DNA of 64,000 nt. Origin: Camelus dromedarius (taxonomy: Eukaryota). Made by a program: the position numbers and the translations under genes. Within the stretch, counting starts at the first letter, position 1; the number at the start of each line of letters is the position of its first letter. Where the stretch lies: positions 97,404,001 through 97,468,000 of the forward strand of contig NC_087437.1 of assembly GCF_036321535.1 (NCBI RefSeq), in the 5' to 3' direction. A model generated the notes under the pieces. The model was not told the origin of the DNA, searched no databases, and saw only the letters and a program-made list of their open reading frames with translations. Below are positions 13,401 through 27,190 of this stretch, one piece after another.

Positions 13401-15254
13401 AAATTCTGAACACCTAGATGGGTGTGAAAAATATAACAGAAAGAAATATTTCAACAAAAAGAATGCTTTATATGCTTAGCTCAAAAAATTAAAAACAAAA
13501 ACAAAAGCAAAAAAGTAAATTTTAATGTCATCTGGCTCCTGATCCTGTTGAAGGATGTAAAGGAAAAAAAAAAATCACATGTAGATAATAGATCTATTCT
13601 ATAGAAAGAAAAATTAGGAAATGGGCTTTTTAATGCAAAATTGAACTACAGAGAGTACATGAATGAATTAAAAAGAGTGATGATGATGAGAGCTGTTAAA
13701 TATTACATGCTTAAATGAGGAGAGCGAAGAAATATTCTTCCTGAAAAGCTCTAATAAAAGGATGTCCAAGTTATTCAGATGATTTAAGTCTGGCCTTGCT
13801 GGAAAGCAGAGAGACAGGCAAGATAACCTCTCAGTGTCCTTCTCAATCCAGACATGCTTCCCAAAGCTATTTACCCTCTGCAGGTCAGTTGTCATTGGGA
13901 GTAAACCTGGAACTCCTATGGATCACAAAGGGAGTTCCACATATGGATGAGACGAGGTTCTGCTGAAATGACCTTCTTAGGTACCACATGCATATTAAGA
14001 TTTCAGTGTATACTATCTAAGCCTGGAGTTATCTCTTAATTACCCAAGTCATTTTACTTAATCACATGTAACAAGATTTGTATTTGTACTTAGATATCCT
14101 CCTTGGCCTAAATTCTAAACCTGCCCATTAGCACCACTTAACAGTTGTTAAGTAGAATATTCAGTTGTTGCTCTCTTAATAGAAGTGTAATCCCAATGTT
14201 CATTGCTCATCACGTGCTACTATTAACCACGCAAAGAATATTTTTTAGCAGAATATGGGATGTTTTACATTAAGTGTGCAAAATCTTTGTTTGCCTACAG
14301 AAAAGTGTAAGAAATGAAAAGTGATCAAGTTTGGAATATGGGAAAAGAACCAGTTAATTAACTATTGCGGGACTGAGCTAATGTAGTTTCTCTCTGCAAT
14401 TATTTGGAAGATGTGCGATTTAGTAAAGGAAAACAATGTTAGGGGCAGCAGTGGGAAGCATGCACAAAGTTAGAGATTTTAGTGCCTATAACATAACCTG
14501 TTTTCCTTATAATGGTAACATTCGTTTTATCATGTCATAGCAGCCTGTATCTTAAACTTTTAAATTAAAATGGTTTACAAGGTAGAAACACATGCTAAAT
14601 AGGAATGACATATTAACGCAGTGTCAAATAAGTTCACGTGAACCATTTTCAAGTTATATGTCTGAGCTTTTACTACCTACATATTGATTTAGATAATTTA
14701 AAGCATTAGATAATTGCTCATACCAATGCCCAAGCTAGCAATAATTGCTGAGTAATATAATTCAAAATGCTTATAAAATCTGACTCAGCCTAAGTGTCAG
14801 CTATTAAGGCCACCTTGAACAATGCGCACTTCGCTTTTATTGCTACCAACTGTGGAAGACATTAGGTTTTATTAGTTTCCAAATGGACACATCAATATTT
14901 ATTTAAAAGAGAGTCACTGCTGCCAAGCATCTCTTTGGAAGAGATACCAGAAACAAGGAAAGTAGAAATTTTATTGCTTAGGATATTTTTGTCAATCATT
15001 TTGTTTTATTGACACTAAATTTTAGGTTCATTATTTAAAAAATATCAATGAAATAGGAAATTGTCAGGAGAAGAGGAAAATGTGGGATAAACTACAAAGC
15101 CAATCAGCAGCCTGTTTCAAAGTCAGAAGAGAAACAGCTTATTACTGTTCTTACAGTAAACAGTATTTTTTAACAGATAATGAAACTTGAAAAATTCAGC
15201 TTAATATAAAACTAGAATTTTCTTTAGGGCAATTGCTTTGTATATCAACGTTTG

Positions 15255-15470
15255 CAATAATGCAGAGGTTAAGATCTGAGGCTCTGCAGACAGATACTCA
15301 TAATTTCTACAACCTCTTTGTATGGTTTTAGACAAGTAATCTCTCTAATCCTCAATCTCATCTATATAAAGATACAAAATACATCTGTGTTACTTCAGAA
15401 GACAAATGATAAAATGTATTTAAAAACCTTAGGACAGGGCCTGGCATACAATAGGCACTCAATTAATAGC
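15255..15470 (+). mobile_element. MIR SINE
   Basis: 'ggttaagatctgaggctctgcag...cctcaatctcatctata...gcctggcatacaataggcactcaa'. Confidence 0.7.
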
Positions 15471-16029
15471 AGGTCTTCTGTTAACAGGAAATGACTTAAT
15501 GAGAATAACTTTTTCAACCCCTCCAGGAATAAAAAAAAATCTAACAGCTTTAAAGTTGGGCATAAAATTGAGAATAGGAACTTTACTAGTAAATATAAAC
15601 TATGTACGACTTATTACAAGAGGGCTTCACTTAAAATATCCTTTTCACATTGATTTGTACGTATAGAGGATGTCCTAGATTGGAAAATGTTTATAATCCA
15701 GTAAAGGAGATAAGATATGTTCAAAAAGCAAACCCAAAACAAAATAAAAGTCACTCAATACTATGCTCTCTCTGACACTTTGTCTGTTTTCATCATCTTG
15801 ACTGATTCTTCTTCCTGAGTGAGAAACACGGCAAAGGCATCTACTTTTTATTCTTATTACTGATTTTGGTCTCTCTTACTTTTCAAGACCTTGCTTTGTA
15901 ACAGCCCCTTCTCTCATTTCACTGAATTCTTTCTCTTCAAATCTAGAATCCTGAGAGGTTCCTGCTATGATTAATAAACAAGCCAACTTTCATATTTGAA
16001 TATTCTCTTGCCATTTTATGTCGATAAAG

Positions 16030-16345
16030 ATCCAACGAAAATTTAAGCCTCTGCTTTGTTACTCTTGGTCTTTTCACTGCCAGCTTCTCGAAAGGGCACA
16101 ACACACCTGTGTCCCACAGTTCTTCACTGCCGGCTCAGAGCTTAGCTCTTACGTTGTGCTTTCTGCCATACCCACTTTCCTGAAACTGCTCGCTCAAAGG
16201 TCATCAACTGCTTCCACAAGATTATAAAATCCAGTGGCCATTTTTGCTCCTGATTCCACTGCAGCATTTGTCATCCTTCATCACGATTCTCTACTCAGAG
16301 CTATGGTTTCCTTGTCTTCTTGGGCACTGTGTCTTCATTTCATGT
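16030..16345 (+). mobile_element. L2 ORF2 remnant
   Basis: 'ctgaaactgctcgctcaaaggtcatcaa...aaatccagtggcc...gcagcatttg' resembles the L2 reverse transcriptase region. Confidence 0.6.
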
Positions 16346-16575
16346 TTACAGCAAATGATGCATTGATTGTTGTTGTGTATCAAGCAGAGAGCTGGGGACA
16401 TAAGAGTGAACATGGAAGACACCGTCCTTGACTTCAGAAAAAGGAAATGGCAAACACCGAAATAGACTAATGCACATGAATATTTCTGGTGCAATAAGGG
16501 TTTGATGGAAAGAAGCACTCCATAGTAAATAATCCAAAATAAAACAGGTTGAGTTAGTGTGGAGATTTGAAGCCC

Positions 16576-16988
16576 TGTGTTAGTTTCCTAGTGCTGCTGT
16601 GACGAACTACCATCGACCAGGTGACTTAACAGAAACATAATTCTTGCACCGTTCTAGAGACTAGAAGTCTGAAACCAGTATGTCAGCAAGGCCATGTTCT
16701 CTCTGAAGGATGCTTGGAAGAATCTAATCTTACCTCTTCTAGTTTATCATGCTTCCTGGAAATTCTTGGAATTTGGTTTGCAAGTGAATCACTTCAATTG
16801 CTGCCTCCATTGTCACGTGACTGTCTTCTCCCTGTATGTCTCTGCATTGTCTTCTATCTTTCCTCTCTGCATGTTGGTCTCTGTGTCCAAATTTCCCCTT
16901 CTTATAAAGACACCAACCATGCTGGACTGGGGCCCACCCTAAAGACTGGATTTAAAGTTGACTACATCTGCAAAGAACCTATTTCCTT
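16576..16988 (-). mobile_element. MLT1C-like MaLR LTR
   Basis: 'tgtgttagtttcctagtgctgctgtgac...gttctagagactagaagtctgaa...cttataaagacacca...acatctgcaaaga'. Confidence 0.85.
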
Positions 16989-17099
16989 CTGGCGGATGCA
17001 ATTAAACTAGTTAGAGACCCCCTAAAGATATGACAATTATAAAGCAAAATAAAGAGCAACCATGTAGATAGCAAGAGGGATGTAGACACAGGAGGCAGC

Positions 17100-17560
17100 C
17101 TATAGAAATCCTTTAAGAAAAAACAGTGTGCAACTTCAGTGCCCAGATTACTGTCAGAGGCAAGGAGAGGTGCACTAGAAGGGAATAGAAATTTTGCAGG
17201 ATCCAGGTATGAAACAATTTAGGGTTTTGGAATCCATTTTGTTGTTGTTGCTGTATGGAGACAGATCTGAGGTCAAAAGATGTTTTTATTATTTTGGATG
17301 GGATATACTAGAGAATATTTCTTTGCTGCTGAGAGTGAATTGGAAGAAAGAGAGAGGCAATTGATACTGGAGAGAGAGGGGCCGGGGAAGGGTGAGTCAC
17401 TGAGAAGGTAAGAAGGGATGGGGTTTACTGAACAATGCTTCTGAAGGAAAGGAGCTACTCTTTTCATTGTAAAGGATAGAACAAAGACAAGGTGGGACGA
17501 TAATTGCCACATGTTGTGTTGTGTTTGGTGGTGGAATGTAAAGGCAGCTGAGAGGCTTTT
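17100..17560 (-). mobile_element. L2 remnant
   Basis: Antisense L2-like purine-rich text. Confidence 0.45.
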
Positions 17561-17664
17561 TGGGTTTTTTTTAACCTTATGTTTTTGTTTTTTTTTTATC
17601 CATATATTTTTTTTTTTCCCAATGAACCATGCTCAGCATTCTGATTGTTAAATAAAACTACTTA

Positions 17665-17990
17665 ATTATTTTTTATTATGACTTTATTTTTCTGGAGAAT
17701 TTTTAGGTTCACAAAAAAATTCAGGGGAAGGTACAGATATTTTTTCTATCCCCTCTGCCTCTAAACACACACACACAGCCTCCCCCATCATCAACATCCC
17801 TCACTAGAGTGGTCCCTTTGTTTCAACTGATGAACCTACAGTGACACAGTACAATCACCCACAGTCTAAAGTTTACATTTTGCTTCACTCTTGGCATTAT
17901 ATCTTCTGTGGGTTTGGGGAAAAGTGCGATGACATGTATCTATCATTATGTTATTGTACAGAGCGTTTTCACTGCACTAAAAATCCTCTC
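17665..17990 (-). mobile_element. L1MC1-like 3' end
   Basis: 'ttttaggttcacaaaaaaatt...atcaacatccc...tgatgaacctacagtgacaca...ttcactcttgg...ttcactgcactaaaaatcctc'. Confidence 0.85.
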
Positions 17991-18299
17991 AGAGATTTTA
18001 TTTGTAACAACCAAGTATGAGAAATGATCATCAGTTGAGAGCAAGTGCAGTAGGTGGTACATATAAGGGAAAGCATGGGATAATAATTTCAGGGAGTGAG
18101 AAAGAAATCATTCTACGATACTCCTTAATCCTTGGCATCTCTTTTGTTCATTTCCCTTTCTTCTGTTTCTTATGCAATATGTTTCATGACATTATCAAAC
18201 ATCCGTGTTTCTCTTACTTAGGAAATAACATGTATCTCTTTGGAAAGTAAAATATTTTCCTACTATCACTTTTATTAAAAAAAAAACTAACTCATCCCC

Positions 18300-18660
18300 A
18301 TGGTTTATCAATTGCCTGCTTAATATCTCCATTTGCTGTTCTGGTTGAATCTTATTGTCACAATGTTCAAGAGTGAAATTTTTCATAAAATCATATTCTG
18401 CTTCATGTTTCACAGTTCCTGTTAGTGGTACCCTTATTCTGTCAGGCTGGCCAGAAGTGTTTTTGATGTTTAGTTCTCCATCTTTTTCCTCATTCAGGCA
18501 GGAGTCACGCCAGGTACATCTTGTACTCATGACAGTTTTCTCCTCTCTTCCTGTATTGAACACTGGTGATGCTCCACTGGTCATTTTCTTTCTAGTGTAT
18601 AATTGCAAAGTGCTCCCAAGTAATACCTTACCTCCTTTTTCTCATCCCAGCAAATCATAA
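18300..18660 (+). mobile_element. L2 remnant
   Basis: 'aattgcctgcttaatatctccatttg...aatgttcaagagtgaa' is the L2 3'-region motif. Confidence 0.5.
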
Positions 18661-18898
18661 ATACTGTTAACAAGTAACCAACAAACATGTGGGAATATAT
18701 TCAATTTTACATGTAATCCAACAAATGCAAATAAAAGCAAAGGTAATAGATCATTTTTCTTAAAAAAAAAAGCAACAAACCATTTTTAACCAAGCCATTG
18801 TCTAGAGAATATTTGTAATATATAAATATGTATGTGTTTTTATGTTTATATTTGTGTTTCCTTGAAAAGGCCTATGGGGAAAATAAACATGGAAGAGT

Positions 18899-19402
18899 TG
18901 TGATAGTTTGAATGAGAAAATGAAAATGGCTACAATTCTTTACCATTTTCTGAGTCCCTATCCTTTGAAATATAACTTTGCATCTCCCCAGATCAAGAGT
19001 TAGAGTTCATTTCCCCTCCCTTTAAACCTGGGATGGTCTTGTAACTTGCTTTGTGCTTACATGCTAGTGCTGATCTCAAGAGGCATTGCACACTTCTGTC
19101 TTCTCTTTGAACCCCGTGATTGGCACATGAAGCCCCGGCTAGCTTGCTGTAGCAGGAGAGATCATGTGTGAGGGAACTGTGGCAGCCCAGCCATCAGCTA
19201 CCCGATACCCAGAAGCAGAGTTGACTGGCCAACTCACAGCTGGACACAGAAGCACGCAAAAGCCCATCAGAAAGCCAGAAGAGCTCAGCTGAGCACAGTC
19301 TAAATTCACAATCCACACACTAGTGAACCAAATAACTACTTGTTATTTTCAGCCACAAAGATTTGGGAATAGTTTGTTTCACAGCAGTAGTGAACAGATA
19401 CA
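18899..19402 (+). mobile_element. MLT1 (F/H-like) MaLR LTR
   Basis: TG start; 'atcaagagttagagttcatttcccctccc'; end 'ttgttattttcagccac...tttgtttcacagcagtag...agataca'. Confidence 0.8.
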
Positions 19403-19804
19403 GGGGTACACCCAGGTAATCACACTGAATATGTCTGAGCAGTAGAAATATAGGTCTGTGACTTTTAATGTCATTTTTTTTGCCTTACTGTGTTTTCTAA
19501 ATTATTCCAGAAATTGAGTGTAATCTTGTAATAAAAAGAAAACAATCAAAATTATTTTCTACTAATTAATTGATCTTCCTCACAGATAAACACACAATCT
19601 GGAACCAGGCAGACGTGATTTTTTTAAAATTATGAGCTGTGTGAACTTGAGCAAGAGTTTTCTATAAATTTTTTCTCACTTGACTTATAAGCATGACTAC
19701 AAACATCCACTTCATAGCACTGTTGTGAAGATTGCAAAAATCAGCCAATGGAATATTTGGAACATCTGGAGTAGAGTGTATCTGTAAATTTTCCGCTTGC
19801 CCTC

Positions 19805-19920
19805 ACTAGATTTTAAGTTTTGTAAGGGATCAACTCCATTTCCCATCTGGGATAGCACCTGCCTATGATGGGTCATCAATTAATCTTTGTTGAATGAATG
19901 AACAAATGAATGAATGAATA
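19805..19920 (+). mobile_element. L2 3' end with (AATG)n tail
   Basis: 'ctagattttaag...tgttgaatgaatgaacaaatgaatgaatgaat'. Confidence 0.7.
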
Positions 19921-20054
19921 AGGGAGAAATGATGACGAAGGTGAATTTTTAGTTGACTTGATGTTACTATCCTGCCACTTGAATGGTTCTACATTATGTT
20001 AGGACTCACTCAACAAATGTCATGACTAAAAGTGAATCAGGCAATGTGAGACAT

Positions 20055-20549
20055 TAAAGATAATCTTTGCTATTTCTCCATTGAAAGGTGGAGTCTAATT
20101 CTTCTTTTTTGAATTTGGGCTGGCCTTGTGACATGCTTGGCCAACAGAAGATATAAGAAGTGATATTCTAGGAATTCCAGGCTAAGTCATAAGAAGGCTT
20201 GCAACTTCTGCTGGTCCACTTTTAACACTGGAGAATCTCTGAGCTGCCTTGTGAGAAGTCCAGATGCCCCAAGACTGCGCTCCCGGAGATACCACCTGTG
20301 GCACCCTGCGGGACAGGTATCCCCAGAAAAGCAATACAGATGTAATGACACCTCTTAGATGCTCTTAAACAGCCCATTTGCCAAATGAATCCCACTAAAC
20401 AATGCCATTGACATCGCTTGGAACAGAAAACTCACCCAACTGAGCTCCACCCAAATTCCCGACCCGGATTATAAAATAATAAAATGGCTACTATGTTTGG
20501 TCACAGAGTTTCCAAGTAACTTGTTACACAGCGACAGATCCCAGGAACA
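20055..20549 (+). mobile_element. MLT1G-like MaLR LTR
   Basis: 'aggtggagtctaatt...tgggctggccttgtgac...aggctaagtcataagaaggcttgcaacttc...ttgttacacagc...ggaaca'. Confidence 0.8.
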
Positions 20550-22659
20550 GGTGAAAAGCATTTCCAAAAATAATAACTGGCTCAAATCTTACGTGGTAAT
20601 TGAAAATTTAAAACCACATTTTGTTCAAAACACTAAAAAGCTAACATTATTTTGGAATATGTGCCCAATCTCCAAAAACAATTGTATGCAAACCAAACAT
20701 GGGACATTAATCTTGGGTCTCTAATTTATGGTCCCTAACTTTAGGTACACTATAGTCATTCAAAGGGCATGGGTTGGTCACAGAGTGATAAGCAATGCTG
20801 ACAAATGAAAAGTCTTACAGAGCACAATGTAGTCCATATGGAACCGTCAGCTTCCAGGGCATTTAGAAGGCTTACTGGAAGGACACAGGAGTTAATCAAT
20901 ATTTTAGCAGGGCCTAAAAGTTTTAATCACTAAATAGGATAGCAAAACCTAATCCTGCTTTGAGCCTATTCCCATGTTGTTTCTGCCCATCACATTTCAG
21001 ATCCAGAAAACTGTAGTTGAATATAATCACTGAATTTAGCCAACAGTATCCTTTCTGCTATTTGAGAAAGAAATAAGGAGAAAATCCCATTTCAAGTTTC
21101 TGGATCATGAATTAAAGAATATATGCATTCAGAGAGGTTACAGCAAAGTATAAGAGATGGATTTGTAATTGGCTAAAATAAATAAATACTTGCACAAATA
21201 AACTGACTAGCAAAGGCCAGTATAAACTTGCTATGAGCTGCAGAGACTTTATAGAAAATGTTATTGCTCTTTTTTTCCCTTGAAAATATATTAATTGAAG
21301 GTTTAGGCTGCTATGACTCAATTATCTAACCATCTAATGCTCCTGACCCTTCATTTCAGACTAAGCATGCCATACATGTCCTAGTTCTCATATACCAAAC
21401 TCAAAAACTCACTCCCAATCTCTCCTCCTTATTAATGCTTCCTGTTAGAAATAAAAGAGACATACAAATACATAAAATTGAATCAAATATCTTCGTGACA
21501 CAAATACACAGGGGAAAAATGGTCTGGGAACAAAGCTACATAATAAAAATGTAGCACACAGAGATTTTCTTTTTTTTTATGGAACTGAACAGACTACCCC
21601 TACAGATGATATCATCTTTTTCTGTATCCTTTTCTTTTAGGACATAAAAGGTCACACGTCTTATGATTGGTGCAGGATATTTTTAATCTCTGTGTCAAAA
21701 TGGCACTGAGGTTAAAAGCTAGCTGGAGAATGAGGAAATGACTATTAAAAAGAATGAAATTTTTCAACACTTTCTAAATAGTGCAGTGCAACCTAAGTGA
21801 TTACTTGAAAGAAAAGGAGTCGAAATATTTTATTTGAAGCATGCAGACTATCCCAAATGTAATGAATACACACTATGGAATACATCTTCAGAAACGTATA
21901 CTACTTGCCCCATTTCAGGAACGCCTGGGTTGCATTTTAAACACATGGAGATGTACAGAGAGTTATAGAGCTCTGAGTCCTGAGTCCCCATCAGAGAAGA
22001 AGCCATATTTTAGAAGTCATGGTAGAATCTACCGAGTCAATGCATTTGAATTCCTTTCTTTTCATTATTCTTGGAAGTAAGTATATTCCTAGATATGTTA
22101 CTATACAATTATAACTTAGAGCAAGTTAAAAAATAATCTAACATTAAAAATTTGAAACTTACTTTTTTTTTTCTTACAGAACTGAATCTATGATTGTTTT
22201 TCTTGATTTATATAGCCTTCTTGGTCTAATTGTTGCATTTCTATCAGCAAGACAAAAAGTCTATATATACATAGTACTACTATTACTGCAACTACTATTT
22301 ACAACTGAAAATGAAATAAAATGCTGCTCTTTGTATTCGGCTCTGGCTGCACGCATGGAAAACCTTGCTATACGTACTTTAAATACACTATCTGAAAAGT
22401 CCTTACAACAAATCTACATGTTGATTTTAGAGGGACAGAAACTACTAGTGTGGCTCCAAATGTTTCCATGATTCGCCCAGACCACAAGGTTATTAAGCTC
22501 CTAAATCATTCATCAAACCCAGGTCTATTTCTCTATTAAACATCTTTGCTTATGTTGCATATAATGTTTTTAATGATTTCAAACACCTTAATTCATTCAG
22601 GATAAATACAGTTTTCACATGCATACTGTAGAAATGACAGACCTCACACACGTACCCAT

Positions 22660-24560
22660 GAACCTGACGTTCCAAGAGTGAATCCAGACAACAAACAAGT
22701 AAGTGGTAAATAAAAATAATTGCAAATTGTAAAAATGACCATGAAGGAAACGAAGCGCTAGGTATTACCAAGAACAAGGTGTGCTATTTCAAATAGTATT
22801 GTTAGAGCAATCCAGGAAGGTTGACATTTCAGCCTAGCCCTGAAGGAACTGAAGCTGCTGGTCACGTAGAACATAGGGAAGGTGCAGTTCAGGCGGGAGT
22901 GTCAGGAGCAAAGATTGGAAAAGGTTGACCTGTGCCAGGAGCTGAAAGAAACACAGTCAGGCAGACATACAGGATGGATAGGGGTGGCTAAAGAGGAGGT
23001 TCACATGCTACTATGTATCATATATTGCAGTATGGCAAGATGTTTTTCTTTTATTCTCTGTGATATGGAAAACCACTGATAGTTTTGAAGCAGTTGAGTT
23101 GTGCGACCTCATTTATGGTTTAAAAATATTTTATTTGCTCTATATAGTGAGTGGATTGATAAAGGGTGAAAGCAAACTCAGGAAGACCGATTAGGAAACT
23201 CTTGTGAAGAGGCAGGGAAGAAATGATAGCGGCCTAAATAAAATGGTTGAAGTGGATGTAGAAAAAAGATGGAATTACACAATTGGAGAAAATACTACTG
23301 GAACTTGCTGTTAGACTTGATAGAAGGAGGAGGGATGATGAGAGAAAAAGGATCCAAAGGTAATGCCCAAGTGTCTACTTGAGAAGATGGATGGCGGTAC
23401 CATTTAACTAGAGGAAGAAGATTCATGGGGCACAGATGTCTCTTTGGATATTTTAAGTGCCAGACTCTTTGGCTGGTGACATCAAATTAGGCAGCAGGAT
23501 ATACATATCTGGAGCATAAAGATCTTTCTACATAATAGGATAAAGTCAGAATCAGCAAAACCAATTTCAGTTCAACGAGTTCTTACTGAAAGTTCTCTTT
23601 ATTACACAAGGTACTCTGAGAGGCATTTGCTGTAAAGAAGATTACCATTGTGCGTGTTTGTTGCAGGATACTATTACTGATGCTAGATAGAAGAAAAAGT
23701 ATTCTGTAGGGTGGTTAATTCTTAGGAAGATTAGCAATAATGGAAGAATTCACTAAGGAAGTACATTTGATCTGAATTTTGAAGAATGGATATTTCATTT
23801 GGGGGAAAGGTATAGATAGAAAAGAGAGATTGAACATTCCACCCTGCAGGAGCAGCAGAAGCAGCAGAAGCAATGTCATGGAATAAACAAATAACTTCCA
23901 GCTACTTCCACATATCAGTAACTAAGCCAGGTACTGGTTTTACAGAAGTGGACAAAGGTAGGCCTGGTCCCTGTCCTCAAGGAGCTTATAATTTAGTGAC
24001 ACAGACTGGCATTCACCAACTTATGAAAAGTATAATCACTGTTACAAGAAAAAAAAAAAGACATTTGAGGCAGCGTGTGAGTGTAATACAGGAAGAACTA
24101 AGGCAATCTGAAGTCTGGGTACTGCATCTCTGAGAAAGTGAGTTTTCAGCTGAAAATTGTAGAATAACTACATATTAGCTACACACACACACACAAGTAA
24201 TATCAGAATATAACATTGGTCAGAATTGAATGGAAAGAGGGAAAGTAAACATGGAGACACAAGGCCACAAACCTCAGAAGTGTTCCAAATAAAAGATGTA
24301 ATCTACTAGAACAGAGGCCTTGATGATTGAAAGACACTTAGGAGTTAGAACTAATGAGACTTAATGATTGACTGATAGTGGGAGGTGAGGAGGATAGAAA
24401 AGTCAAGGTGACTTCAGCTTTTTAAATTCCATAGATGGTAATGCCATTTATTGAACTAGGGAACACAGAGCAAGGAGTGGGTGCATGGCAGGGCATGGGA
24501 AATAGGATTATTTCATTTGGGGGCATTTTACACTGTGGTGCGTTGAAAGTCAGCAGGTAA
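22660..24560 (-). mobile_element. Cluster of fragmented L2 remnants
   Basis: 'ggaaaaccactgatagttttgaagcag', 'ggtccctgtcctcaaggagcttata', 'gatggtaatgccattt'. Confidence 0.65.
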
Positions 24561-25031
24561 ACTGTGGTATTATATTAACTAAACTGAAGAGCACTGCTGT
24601 GTTGTTCAGTGTTACTATTTACCACTTGATAGCTAGTAGGCTATCAAAGCTATGTGTTAGGAACTCTGAGTGAGCGCCTATAAGTTATCTCAGGAAGCAT
24701 TTGATTTCAAATACCTATCATGCAAATAATGATAATAACAATGTTTCCAAATTAAAATACCATTTGTTTCAGGGAAAGTTTTCAGTGTGAACACAAAAGC
24801 TCTCAAGGGCAATTGTCCTTGGTGGAGAAAAAAAAAAGACTAAACTGCTAATATGACTAAGGCGACTGATCCACATTACTGTCTGTGGCACTTATTCCAA
24901 AGAGTATTCCATGCATCACAACAGCTGGTAAAATTTGTGGTGTCCTGAGAAAAATAGCTTTCCATGTTCCCTTCAGAGATTCATGGTAAACAACAATATG
25001 TAATAGACTCTACAAAATCCCATAGTATAAA

Positions 25032-25507
25032 TGTTGCTGGAGAATAGGTTCTTGTCGAGGGAGGCACAGTGAAGTAAAAGTAGATTTATTCAGGGAGATA
25101 CACACTCCATAGACAGAGGGCAGGCCCTCTCACTCAGAAGGGAGAGCAGCTTAAGAGATACACATTCCACAGGCAGAATGTGGGCTGTCTCAGAAAGCAA
25201 GAGGGAGTGATCATGAGATGTGGTGTTAGTTTTTATGGGCTCGGTAATTTCATATGCTAATGAGTAGAAGGATTATTCCACCTATGTTGGAGAAAGGGCA
25301 GGGATTTCTAGGAATTGGGCCTCCTGCCCACATTTTGACCTTTTATGGTCAGCCTAGAACTGTCATGGCACCTGTGGGTGTGCCACTAGGCTCAAGGTCT
25401 ACTGGAAGTCGAATCTTCCACCATCTTGGTTCTAACCAGATTGTCCTGTCCTCGGTTGCTGTGTCATTCCTTCCATGGTTGTGCCCTGTCTCATTCCCTC
25501 CGTCTCA
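25032..25507 (-). mobile_element. MER41-like ERV1 solo LTR, copy 1
   Basis: TG...CA ends with a perfect 4-bp target-site duplication TAAA (25028-25031 and 25508-25511); AATAAA on the minus strand near 25084; homologous to 61921-62579. The family name is less certain than the LTR call. Confidence 0.85.
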
Positions 25508-26984
25508 TAAACACCTGCTCAACATTGTTTTCAATGTACTAATTTAAACTCCAGTTTTCCTTACCCCTCCTCTCCCTTTTCTCCCCAAACTATCTTGTGA
25601 AACATCAATTTGGGATTCACCAGTCTATAGCACTGCTATATGTGATTCTCAACTGAATCTGCTGCAGGGTAGAAAAAAAAAAATACAGATTTGAAAAATA
25701 ACTTCTATATCTGAAATCTGTCAATATCATCATCAAATTCAAATTTCCAAGATGGATGAATATTATACATGATGAGGTTTTAAAAAGGAAAGGAAAACTC
25801 TATAAAACATTAACTAAGATAAATTATATCTTCCTTTTCATACTTTAAAAGACCATACCTGAAATTTTCTTTTTGGAATGATCAAATAAAAGTGTGTGTA
25901 TTTCCCTGAAATTCCACATATTGCTCATTGTTGGGCAGATCTTTCACAACAGGGGGTTTTCAAAACTCAAAGTCATACCTTTAGATATAGCACAACAACA
26001 TAGAAATGTGCCAAATTACCCAGAAACAATTTGGATAGCTGGCAAACAGGGTTGCCTGCTGGTTTGTGAACAGTGCAGGTAATTTGCCACTCAACTCTCC
26101 TCTATTTGCCTCAATAAATTGTAGGGTACTTAGAACCCAACTATCTGTTATCCATCTGTCTATATTTCTTTGCTCTGTCAGTGTCTGACAGTAGAAAGGC
26201 TTCATCTTGTCTGTCTCTCTCTTGCAGCTGGCAGGGAAGATATAAAAGAAATCGGCTGACTTTGGAGGTTGAGGGGGAGGGGGTTTACAATTAGTATGTA
26301 GAATAGGACACCTTCTTAGTCTGCTAGGAGAAAAAGGTGATAAGCCCAAATTAGAAACTGAAAGGAACATTAAGAAGAACCTGGAAATAAATTACTCTAC
26401 CACCTTGCCAGATGACCCAGCGGGCTGATCAAGCCTTGTATTTTCTAATCAACATACTCATAAACAAGATATTCACAAAGTGTCATCAACAGCTATTTAG
26501 CCTAAACACATCAACACTGCTCACCACACTGCTTCAGCACTTGTCTTCCATTTAATTGGGACTGAATTCTTCCAAGTGTGTATAAATTCAAACAGATCAA
26601 ATTAAGTCCAATTATTCTTAAAAAGACAGGTTATTGTTGGTTACCAAACATGTAGCTTGTATTTGTTTCCTTTTCTCTAGGTGAATAAACTACGCAGTCA
26701 AGTCTGAGTGTTTATCCTACAATTTAACATGCTTCTCACTATCTCCATCAAAAGATAAAAAAGTACCTGTTATATAATAAAAGATCGCTTCCTTAATTTT
26801 TTGTCAAATACAGGAGGCACCTGAGAAGTACAGCTGGAAGAGGACATAAAAGGCAACAATCATTGAAAACAACTAAGAATACATACTAGGAGTAATACAG
26901 AAATTTATAGTTAGAGTTACTTGTGCTGAATTTTTTTTTCTGCAAAGCTTTGGAGACTATGGCAAAAACGAAAATGATGCAATG

Positions 26985-27190
26985 ACAGCAGGGTAAAGCA
27001 CTGAGGGTAAAGCTTTTCAAATCAGAGGATCTGGGTTCAAGTTCTAGCTTTGCCCTTGATAGCTGTACAGTTTCATATAAGACATTTAACTTCTTGACCC
27101 TGGATTGTTCTTTTATAAAATGGAAATAATATAAACATGCTACTGGGTGGTTATAAAATTAAAAAAGTAACAACAGTGGGTTTCACTTTT
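26985..27190 (+). mobile_element. MIR SINE
   Basis: 'ctgggttcaagttctagctttgcc...agctgta...tataaaatggaaataata'. Confidence 0.7.

Noticed and set aside
17532..17543. TGGAATGTAAAG matches the 5' end of miR-1
   Set aside because: Only 12 nt match, no precursor hairpin, and it lies in L2-like sequence
18195..18608. 137-aa ORF with protein-like composition
   Set aside because: Antisense to an L2 remnant
21620..22200. Strong-looking plus-strand splice acceptors (also near 4984, 26680 and 33669)
   Set aside because: No matching donor or sustained open frame; expected by chance in T-rich DNA
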